From Candidatus Actinomarinales bacterium (GTDB taxonomy: Bacteria; Actinomycetota; Acidimicrobiia; Actinomarinales; Actinomarinaceae), in the NCBI GenBank assembly GCA_004213405.1, contig SGYR01000002.1, forward strand, positions 2,133 through 66,132: 64,000 bases of DNA, written 5' to 3'. Positions 1-7,175 of this stretch are shown here, piece by piece; positions within the stretch are counted from its first letter, which is position 1; every line of letters begins with the position of its first letter. The notes below the pieces were generated by a model. It was given only the letters and a program-made list of their open reading frames with translations. It did no database searches and was not told where the DNA came from. Both the position numbers and the translations under genes were made by a program.

Positions 1-925
1 TCATACCGTTGCTGTATCTTTTCTCTGGATCAACAAATGGACTAGTTCTTAAAAATACATACAAGCCTTGTGCTCTAGAACCCTGTGCTCTCAACTTCTC
101 ACATGCTCTAGCAACATAGTTAGAAACAGCTTCCTCTAACTCACTTACTAGCATTACTTTTCTACCAAATGACTTAGAGGATATGATGTTTTTCTTATTC
201 TTCACCTCTTCTATACCAATACAGGAAATCCCATTTAGCTCATGATGTATCCTCTCCCCCACAATGCTGATCGTTTTTCTAACATGCCGAGCATTTGCCT
301 GCGTTAAATCATAAGCAGTGTCTACTCCAATTTTTCGAAGCCTTCTTCCCCATCTTGTCGAGATTCCCCATATCTCTTCAAGTGGTAGATCTTTTAAAAT
401 CTCATCTCTTACGCTCTGATCTCGTATATCGAAGACATTAGATGTTGTGTATTTTTTAGCTTGTCTGTTTGCTACTTTTGCCAATGTCTTTGTTGGGCCT
501 ATACCTATAGAAACTGGAATCCCTGTCCACTGTTTGATTAACCTTCGTATCTCTTGAGCCGTCTCTTCTAAATCACAGTAGTAAAAGCTACTGATATCGA
601 GAAACGCTTCATCAATAGAGTAAATCTCTATATCGCTGACAAGAGATTTCAGTGAGGTCATCACTCGGGCCGACATATCACCATAAAAAGTGTAGTTTGA
701 TGAAAATACATGAACTTTGTTTCTATTGATAAGTTGTTTGTATTTAAAGTACGGGGCTCCCATCGGTATGCCTAAAGCTTTTGCTTCGTTTGATCTAGCA
801 ACAACACATCCATCATTGTTAGACAAAACAACAATGGGCTTTCCTTCTAGCTTTGGGTTGAATACTCTCTCACAAGATGCGTAAAAGTTATTACAGTCCA
901 CTAGGGCAAAAATTTTATTATTCAC
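1..925 (-). CDS. umuC: Y-family translesion DNA polymerase, UmuC-like (N-terminal ~308 codons; 3' end lies beyond the window edge)
   Basis: Absent from the ORF track because it is open at the window edge. I checked every minus-strand codon from 925 down to 2 and found no stop. An in-frame TAA at 928-926 bounds it upstream, and the first start is GTG at 925-923. The translation [60 protein letters not shown]...SIDEAFLD...[14 protein letters not shown] is colinear with E. coli UmuC motifs ([37 protein letters not shown]). Confidence 0.88.
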   Translation of the reverse strand, partial: MNNKIFALVDCNNFYASCERVFNPKLEGKPIVVLSNNDGCVVARSNEAKALGIPMGAPYFKYKQLINRNKVHVFSSNYTFYGDMSARVMTSLKSLVSDIEIYSIDEAFLDISSFYYCDLEETAQEIRRLIKQWTGIPVSIGIGPTKTLAKVANRQAKKYTTSNVFDIRDQSVRDEILKDLPLEEIWGISTRWGRRLRKIGVDTAYDLTQANARHVRKTISIVGERIHHELNGISCIGIEEVKNKKNIISSKSFGRKVMLVSELEEAVSNYVARACEKLRAQGSRAQGLYVFLRTSPFVDPEKRYSNGM

Positions 926-939
926 TTACTTACTCCTTT

Positions 940-957
940 GAATACTGTACACTATTC
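940..957. promoter_or_regulatory. 18-bp near-palindrome GAATACTGTACACTATTC in the 55-bp divergent umuC/umuD-like spacer; candidate operator
   Basis: Read directly: 8 of 9 position pairs are symmetric, with only C945/C952 mismatched. It contains TACTGTA, identical to one half-site of the E. coli-type LexA box, and lies between two divergent damage-tolerance genes. Confidence 0.35.
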
Positions 958-980
958 TAAGAAAAAAGAAAGACATTTTT

Positions 981-1496
981 ATGCCACGAGGTGGAACAAG
1001 AAAAGGGGCCGGTAGACCAAAAGGTCAAGGCAAGTATGGAGAGCAGACAAAAGCTGTCCGTATTCCTGTAAGTAAGGTGAAGTATATCTCTGAGGTCATC
1101 AACAAAGGGCTATATGAAGTACCAATGTATAGTAATAAAGTTGCAGCTGGGTTCCCATCCCCTGCAGACGACTATTTAGAAGACAAAATAGATTTAAATC
1201 AATATTTAGTAAAACATCCCGCTTCTACATTTTTAGTTAGAGCATCTGGAGAGTCCATGATTAATGCTGGTATATTTCCAGACGATATCTTAGTAGTAGA
1301 TAGAAGCTTAAAAGCTGAAGATGGAAAAGTAGTTATTGCTGTTGTAGATAATGAACTGACTGTAAAAAGATATCGTAAAAAAGGCAAAAGAATCATTTTA
1401 GAACCAGAAAACGAAGCGTTTGATCCAATTGTGATTGCAGATGAAAGTGAAGCATTTGTTTGGGGAGTCGTTACAAATGTTATCCATAACTTATAA
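981..1496 (+). CDS. umuD: S24-family self-cleaving peptidase, UmuD-like, with an extended basic N-terminus
   Basis: VAAGFPSPADDYLEDKIDLNQYLVKHPASTFLVRASGESMINAGI...VIAVVDNELTVKRY aligns with E. coli UmuD (QCGFPSPAADYVEQRIDLNQLL..ATYFVKASGDSM..FTVKKL). The Ala-Gly cleavage site, the Ser in SGESM and the Lys in TVKRY are all present. About 55 residues precede the cleavage site, including RKGAGRPKGQGK. Confidence 0.85.
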   Translation: MPRGGTRKGAGRPKGQGKYGEQTKAVRIPVSKVKYISEVINKGLYEVPMYSNKVAAGFPSPADDYLEDKIDLNQYLVKHPASTFLVRASGESMINAGIFPDDILVVDRSLKAEDGKVVIAVVDNELTVKRYRKKGKRIILEPENEAFDPIVIADESEAFVWGVVTNVIHNL

Positions 1497-1547
1497 ACTT
1501 CAAAATAAAGCTGAATGGACCAACGATAAATTGTAAAATAATGGTAG

Positions 1548-2444
1548 ATGGAAATATTAAAAACAAATTTAGAAGATTTTAATAATATTGAAAACTGGGA
1601 GTATAAAGAGAACTTTCACACTGTTAACTCACGTCACGGTGATATAAATATTCACTATGTAGATGAAAATTCAGATAAGGATGAAACCATACTTTTAATG
1701 CACGGTAATCCTACCTGGGGTTATTTGTATAGAAATATGATTGACCCACTCAAAGACGAGGGATATAGGGTTGTTGTACCAGACTTACCAGGATTTGGGA
1801 AATCGGATAAATTTACTTCAAGGTATCACTATACGTATGAAGAATTTGTTGATTGGATGTCCCAGTGGATTGAAGGAGTTAATCTAGAAAACATCACATT
1901 ATTTTGTCAAGACTGGGGTGGTTTGATTGGATTAAGGCTAGCAGCAAAATATGATGATAGATTTAATCGTATAGTTGCAGCCAATACAGGGTTACCAACT
2001 GGTAAAGCACCATTGAATACTGGATTTTTAGTCTTCAAAGAATTTATGAATATTAAAGAAGACCTTCACGTTGCAGGTCAAGTTAGAAATGGCACTAATG
2101 GACTGGATCAGTCAGCTTTAGATGCATATAACGCACCATTTCCAGATGAAACCTACAAACAAGGTGTAAGACAATTTCCGAATATTGTTCCCTCATCCCC
2201 TATGTCTCCTAGTAGAAAATTTAATGAGGAAGCATGGGAAAAATTGAAAATGTGGAATAAACCTTTTCTCTGTGCTTTTAGTGATAAAGATCCTATATTT
2301 GCTGGTGTAGAAAATTCATTTTTAAAATATATTCCAGGATGTAAAAATATGCCACATGTAACAATTGAGAATGCTGGACATTTTTTACAAGAAGATAATC
2401 CTGATGCATGTGTAAATGCAATTATTTCGATAATGGATTTTTAA
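1548..2444 (+). CDS. haloalkane dehalogenase-type alpha/beta hydrolase
   Basis: HGNPTWGYLYRNMI (the HGNPT..YL.R motif of haloalkane dehalogenases), nucleophile elbow CQDWGG (Asp nucleophile, as in DhlA VQDWGG) and C-terminal AGHFLQED with the catalytic His. Confidence 0.72.
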   Translation: MEILKTNLEDFNNIENWEYKENFHTVNSRHGDINIHYVDENSDKDETILLMHGNPTWGYLYRNMIDPLKDEGYRVVVPDLPGFGKSDKFTSRYHYTYEEFVDWMSQWIEGVNLENITLFCQDWGGLIGLRLAAKYDDRFNRIVAANTGLPTGKAPLNTGFLVFKEFMNIKEDLHVAGQVRNGTNGLDQSALDAYNAPFPDETYKQGVRQFPNIVPSSPMSPSRKFNEEAWEKLKMWNKPFLCAFSDKDPIFAGVENSFLKYIPGCKNMPHVTIENAGHFLQEDNPDACVNAIISIMDF

Positions 2445-3133
2445 CGAGAAGCTATTCCCCAATAGTTATAACCTAAAAACTTTACTGATCCTGGAAGATA
2501 CATCGTACTATTTTCTTCAATTACAAGCCCAGATGAAGTAATTAAATTGATAATATCTCTATTAGCGTGGCAACCACCTGAAAGGCTTGGATAAAAACCA
2601 CTTGTTATATATTGTAACATTCTTGTTAAAAAATCTGGAGATATGCCATGTTCACAAAAATAATATTTTCCACCAGGCTTTAGAATTCGATAAATTTCAC
2701 TTAAAGCCAATTCCGGGTTTGGTATAGAACATAATGAAAACGTACAAACAACTGAATCAAAGCTAGAATCCATTAAATTTATTTGTTCTGCTGAGGAGAG
2801 GTTGAACTCTATATTCAAATTAACTTTATCAGCTTTTTTTTGAGCTATTTCATTTAATTCATTTGAAGGATCTATTCCTATAACTTTATTAACCTTTTCT
2901 GAATTATAATATTGCAAGTTTAAACCAGGACCTATGCCGATTTCTACAACATCACCGACAGCAAGTGGTACAATTTTTTTTCTTTGATATTGATTCGGTT
3001 TTGTTCCACAAAGATAATTAATAAGTTTAGGTACTACATTTTTTTCATAAAATTTTTTACCTAATAGTTTTAATATTGGAAGAATTACAAAGAGTCCTAT
3101 GTATGTTGTAAATTTAAATAATAATTTTTTCAT
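2441..3133 (-). CDS. class I SAM-dependent methyltransferase with N-terminal membrane anchor
   Basis: Motif I VVEIGIGPGLNL, post-II FDSVVCTFSLC and LKPGGKYYFCEHG are typical of Methyltransf_11/25-type enzymes. The N-terminus FKFTTYIGLFVILPILKLL is hydrophobic. Confidence 0.7.
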   Translation of the reverse strand: MKKLLFKFTTYIGLFVILPILKLLGKKFYEKNVVPKLINYLCGTKPNQYQRKKIVPLAVGDVVEIGIGPGLNLQYYNSEKVNKVIGIDPSNELNEIAQKKADKVNLNIEFNLSSAEQINLMDSSFDSVVCTFSLCSIPNPELALSEIYRILKPGGKYYFCEHGISPDFLTRMLQYITSGFYPSLSGGCHANRDIINLITSSGLVIEENSTMYLPGSVKFLGYNYWGIASR

Positions 3134-3180
3134 ATCATAGAATTTTTTTGATAGTTATTTACAAGACACATTAAATATTT

Positions 3181-3720
3181 TTAAGCTTTTGAGAATGAAA
3201 TAACTTGAGACATCGAAATATGGTCAATGGTAGTTTTTCCATACTTTACATCTTGCACTACTCCATTTTCATCAATTAAAACATCAACAGGTAAACCTGT
3301 AAATGCACCACTTAGACTAGTAAATGGATTAAATCCTTTAATGAATATTGCTTTCATAAATCTAAAAAAACCTACAATTGAGCCTAAAAATACGCCAAAT
3401 CCACTCTTTTCAACGCTGTATTTATCAAAATATAACCTTTTTTCATCTGCAAGGATATGTATTGAAGAATCATGTTTTGTTGATGATTTTTGTAGACTTT
3501 CTAATGTGCAGTTAAATATTGCGATCGCTTCAAAATTATCTCCAAAATTTTCTTTATTATTTATAGTTTCATTAATTCTTAAGTGACAAAAGGGACATGA
3601 TGAGTACCTATAGAAAGATACCAATGCCTTTTTACCCTTTATATTTTCTAAATCGAATACAGAACCATCAATAGCGGGTAAAGAAAGTTCACTAACAACA
3701 TCACCTATTTTAATTTTCAA
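3181..3720 (-). CDS. AhpC/TSA (redoxin) family thioredoxin-fold protein
   Basis: LPAIDGSVFDLENIKGKKALVSFYRYSSCPFCHLRI is the peroxiredoxin/redoxin N-terminal pattern with a CxxC. TTG start preceded by AAGGAG. Confidence 0.6.
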   Translation of the reverse strand: MKIKIGDVVSELSLPAIDGSVFDLENIKGKKALVSFYRYSSCPFCHLRINETINNKENFGDNFEAIAIFNCTLESLQKSSTKHDSSIHILADEKRLYFDKYSVEKSGFGVFLGSIVGFFRFMKAIFIKGFNPFTSLSGAFTGLPVDVLIDENGVVQDVKYGKTTIDHISMSQVISFSKA

Positions 3721-3794
3721 TGTATCTCCTTAATGTGAGAATTATAAGGAGTAAAATTCAGAAACACTAATTTAGTATGTTAATTTATTGTAAA

Positions 3795-4301
3795 CTAATG
3801 CCCGCCTCTTGGAACACCACCATATTTCATACGAGTATCCCCCATATAGGCAACTCTATCTTCAGGATTTAATGTTTTGCAATTAATTATTTCTCCCAGA
3901 AAAAAGGTATGAGTGCCAAAGTCAATTTTCTTTGTTGTTTTTAATTCAAACCAGACTGTTGCATTTTGAAAGATAGGTACATTATTTTTGGTTAAAAAAA
4001 TGGGTTCTTTATTAAGAAAGCCATCTGTGTATTCAGCAGGTTTAGAAAATTTTACAAATACTTTTGTATAATCAGGCGAAAACAAATTTAAAGTAAAATA
4101 TTCACTTTGATTCATTAACCTGAACGTCACACTCTTATTATCAATACCAACACCAATTAGAGCTGGATCCATACTGACCTGAGTTATCCAACTTGCTGTC
4201 ATACCATTAAATTCACCATTTGCATGACTTCCAATTATTCCAAGAGGACTTGGTATTTTCCAAGTAGAAACATTTATCTCTTCAGGGGTCAATTCACTCA
4301 T
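3795..4301 (-). CDS. flavin reductase-like FMN-binding domain protein
   Basis: The size (168 aa) and GMTASWITQVSMDPALIGVGI..S.T..L match the flavin reductase (Flavin_Reduct) core pattern (N.MTaSW...vS.dPP.v.v.i). Confidence 0.62.
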   Translation of the reverse strand: MSELTPEEINVSTWKIPSPLGIIGSHANGEFNGMTASWITQVSMDPALIGVGIDNKSVTFRLMNQSEYFTLNLFSPDYTKVFVKFSKPAEYTDGFLNKEPIFLTKNNVPIFQNATVWFELKTTKKIDFGTHTFFLGEIINCKTLNPEDRVAYMGDTRMKYGGVPRGGH

Positions 4302-5342
4302 TTAGAAACAATCTTTAATAAATTTTATAGTTTCAATATCAAGCGGTATTGCGACTGATAGTTCTGTTACATTACAGTTTTTCCAGTCTTCAAGCTTTTC
4401 TTTTATACGTTCTTTAGAGCCAACAAGAGTTAAGTCTTCGAGCAATTCATCAGGAAAAATTGATTCTGCATCTGCTTTTTCACCTTTAAGATACAATTCC
4501 TGAATCTGTGTAGCAATTTCTTCATAGCCGTATTCACACATCAAATTAAAATAAAAGTTCTTATCTTTAGCTCCCATACCGCCTACATATAGGGTGTAAT
4601 TATTTCTAGCAGGAGCTAAATATGCATCTCTTTCAGATTCGTCGCAAACCTTTGCAAATACTGGAGCAGATATTTGAAATTTTTCTTTTTTATTTGGATC
4701 ACCTGATTTTTCAAAACCTTTTTCTAAAAATTGATTAAAAAATTTATCTCCAAGGGTTGGTGAATACATGAAAGGAAGCCATCCGTCTGCAATCTCTGCT
4801 GTAAGTTCAATATTTTTTGGACCAATTGCTGCAAGATAAATTGGAATATCACTTCTTACAGGTTGTTCAATAAGCTTTAATGGTTTTCCTAGACCAGATG
4901 CGTCATCACCTTTGTATGGCAGGTTATAATACTCACCTTCAAATGAAGTTTTGCCATCTCTTTGTAATATGTCTCTAACTATCTGAACATATTCTCTTGT
5001 CTTCTTTAATGGCTTTCCATAAGCAACACCATGCCAGCCCTCAACAACCTGAGGACCAGAAACCCCAATCCCCAATCTAAACCTACCACCAGAGAGTTTA
5101 TCTAAAGTAACGGCTGTCATTGCGGTCATAGCAGGAGACCTACCAGGAATTTGCATGATGCCAGATCCCAGTTTTAATTTATCTGTTAATGCGGCAAAAT
5201 ATGAAAGTGGGGTGACTGCGTCAAAACCATATGCTTCAGCTGTCCATATACAAGATATACCTATTTCATCTAATTCTTTAATTAAAGATTTCTCACTTGA
5301 TATATGTGGACCAAAATACCCAACATTTACACTTACTTCCAT
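4302..5342 (-). CDS. luciferase-like monooxygenase (LLM) family oxidoreductase, probably F420-dependent class
   Basis: TIM-barrel LLM pattern: W.AE.YGFDA..PL, GSGIMQIPGRSPAMTAM...L..LSGGRF.LGIGVSGPQVVEGWHG, IPIYLAAIGPKN, LYVGGMGAKDKNFY. The last motif resembles the F420-dependent Rv3520c/Mer-like subgroup. Confidence 0.68.
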   Translation of the reverse strand: MEVSVNVGYFGPHISSEKSLIKELDEIGISCIWTAEAYGFDAVTPLSYFAALTDKLKLGSGIMQIPGRSPAMTAMTAVTLDKLSGGRFRLGIGVSGPQVVEGWHGVAYGKPLKKTREYVQIVRDILQRDGKTSFEGEYYNLPYKGDDASGLGKPLKLIEQPVRSDIPIYLAAIGPKNIELTAEIADGWLPFMYSPTLGDKFFNQFLEKGFEKSGDPNKKEKFQISAPVFAKVCDESERDAYLAPARNNYTLYVGGMGAKDKNFYFNLMCEYGYEEIATQIQELYLKGEKADAESIFPDELLEDLTLVGSKERIKEKLEDWKNCNVTELSVAIPLDIETIKFIKDCF

Positions 5343-5354
5343 AGGTATAGGATA

Positions 5355-5867
5355 CTATAAAAATATGTCAATAAATTCATCATGAGTTATCAAACTGTGC
5401 ATAAGAATATCGTGACTTTCAGATGGAATTTCATTTATTAAATGATTTTTATCTGTAATACCAATAAATGTAGATTTTGAATGGCGAGATAAAAGCTGAT
5501 CATAAATACCCCTGCCCTTGCCTAGCCTAGTACCTTTTTTATCAAAACCGACTCCTGGTACTAAAAATATGTCTACTTTATCAATTAATTTTAAATTAGT
5601 TGGTTGAAACACATTGAAGCTGTTTTTTTCTAATGGTTCCTCATAAATGCATATTTTTATTTCTCCATCCTCAAGGCATGTTGTTGCTAAAACTGACTGG
5701 CCCTTTAGATGCATGTTTATGTTGACTTCGTTTTCAAGAGGTATATATGTACATACAATCTTATCTTTAATAACATTCTGTAGCTTATCAATAACTATCT
5801 GAGTGTATTCAGCATTGACCATTGAAATTTCTTTTAGTTTCTTCCTTAATTCTATTTTTTCTAACAT
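5355..5867 (-). CDS. 5-formyltetrahydrofolate cyclo-ligase
   Basis: VDIFLVPGVGFDKKGTRLGKGRGIYD is the MTHFS signature (vPg.aFD..G.RlG.G.GyYD). Size is 170 aa. Confidence 0.75.
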   Translation of the reverse strand: MLEKIELRKKLKEISMVNAEYTQIVIDKLQNVIKDKIVCTYIPLENEVNINMHLKGQSVLATTCLEDGEIKICIYEEPLEKNSFNVFQPTNLKLIDKVDIFLVPGVGFDKKGTRLGKGRGIYDQLLSRHSKSTFIGITDKNHLINEIPSESHDILMHSLITHDEFIDIFL

Positions 5868-5905
5868 AATTTATTATCTAGATAGTTCTACATTACACTT
5901 ACAAC

Positions 5906-6637
5906 ATGTTGAAGAACAAATTACTTACATGGATCAATCTGTTGATCATGGGTATTTACACCATCCCAGTTGCATACTCAATTTGGTTTGTAGGTCTTTT
6001 TAACAAATTCACAAAAGCTAAATATTACATAGCACAAAGCTGGACGATACCTTGGATGTGGGCTGCGAGATCAAAGGTAACGTTGATTAAAAATTACGAT
6101 TATAAAAAAAATCAGCCTTATGTTGTGATTTCAAATCACTTATCTAATTTAGATCCGATGATGCAATTTAGATTTCTTAAAATTAAGTGGGTATTTATGG
6201 CAAAAAAAGAAGTGTACAAACTGCCATTCTTTAGAACTGCTGCAAAATCTTTTAATTTTATAAAAGTTGATAGATCAGATAAAAATGATAGAAAAAGTAT
6301 AAATGACCAAGCAAAAACTCTATTTAGTAATGGATGGTCACTTATGGTCTACCCTCAAGGAACAAGAGCAAAGAAAGATAATTTTTTACCTTTCAAAAGT
6401 GGTGCTTTTCATATTGCGTTAGATAATAATATTCCAATCCTTCCTGTTGTCATTGCTGGAACTGGTGACATATGGCCAAGAGGTGGAAAATTTATGACTA
6501 GTGGTAAAGCAATCATCAATACACTGGAACCAATTGACATTTCAAAATATACAAAAGATACTATCGATCAATTAGTTGAAGAAACATATGAAAAAATGTC
6601 TAATGTGTATAAAGAATTAACTGCCTCCATAAAATAA
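5906..6637 (+). CDS. plsC: 1-acyl-sn-glycerol-3-phosphate acyltransferase
   Basis: HX4D motif in VISNHLSNLDP, motif III VYPQGTR and motif IV IPILPVVIAG, with an N-terminal TM segment. Confidence 0.82.
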   Translation: MLKNKLLTWINLLIMGIYTIPVAYSIWFVGLFNKFTKAKYYIAQSWTIPWMWAARSKVTLIKNYDYKKNQPYVVISNHLSNLDPMMQFRFLKIKWVFMAKKEVYKLPFFRTAAKSFNFIKVDRSDKNDRKSINDQAKTLFSNGWSLMVYPQGTRAKKDNFLPFKSGAFHIALDNNIPILPVVIAGTGDIWPRGGKFMTSGKAIINTLEPIDISKYTKDTIDQLVEETYEKMSNVYKELTASIK

Positions 6638-6658
6638 TAAAAAACTTACAATACGAAT

Positions 6659-7174
6659 ATGAACATCTTAGTAGCAGCTCTTTCAATTTTTTTATTAAGA
6701 TTATTGGACCAAACATTAGGCACATTAAGAGTGCTTTATGTAAATAAAGGAAAGCCTGTCTTTGGTGCTGTATTGGGGTTTGTCGAATCAGCTATATGGG
6801 TAGTAGCCATATCAAGAGTAATACAAGACTTAAATGATCCATTATTGATTTTTGGCTATGCGCTTGGGTTTGCATCGGGAACAATTATGGGTTCTTACAT
6901 TGAAAACACAATAGCAATTGGTGATATTGTTGTGAGAATATTTGCACCTAAAGATAGTGACAGTATGAAAGTAGCTGAAGAATTAAGAAAAAATGAATTC
7001 GGTGTAACAATTATTAATGGAGAAGGCATGCAAGGAGAAGTCAGTATAGCTTGGTGTGTAACTCCAAGAAAAAGACTAAAAGAAGTGTTAAAAATTGTAT
7101 CAGAAATTAATCCTGATGCTTATGTAACGACAGAACCTACAAATCCAACTAAATTAACTGGAAATAGAAAGTAA
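6659..7174 (+). CDS. UPF0316/DUF2179 family small membrane protein
   Basis: Three N-terminal TM helices (FLLRLLDQTLGTLRVLYVNKG...) are followed by a soluble alpha/beta C-terminal domain. This arrangement is typical of the UPF0316 (DUF2179) family. Confidence 0.55.
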   Translation: MNILVAALSIFLLRLLDQTLGTLRVLYVNKGKPVFGAVLGFVESAIWVVAISRVIQDLNDPLLIFGYALGFASGTIMGSYIENTIAIGDIVVRIFAPKDSDSMKVAEELRKNEFGVTIINGEGMQGEVSIAWCVTPRKRLKEVLKIVSEINPDAYVTTEPTNPTKLTGNRK

Positions 7175-7175
7175 C

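Noticed and set aside
941-960. A canonical E. coli-type SOS box (CTGT-N8-ACAG) or an actinobacterial LexA box (TCGAAC-N4-GTTCGA) in the umuC/umuD spacer.
   Set aside because: Only the left half (TACTGTA) matches. The right half is not ACAG, and no TCGAAC-type site is present. I report the different 18-bp near-palindrome as a candidate only.
3726-3751. Hairpin CTCCTTA-N12-TAAGGAG between the flavin-reductase and redoxin genes.
   Set aside because: It has a 7-bp stem with a 12-nt loop and no U-tract. One arm is simply the complement of the redoxin SD. This is too weak to call a terminator or a riboregulator.
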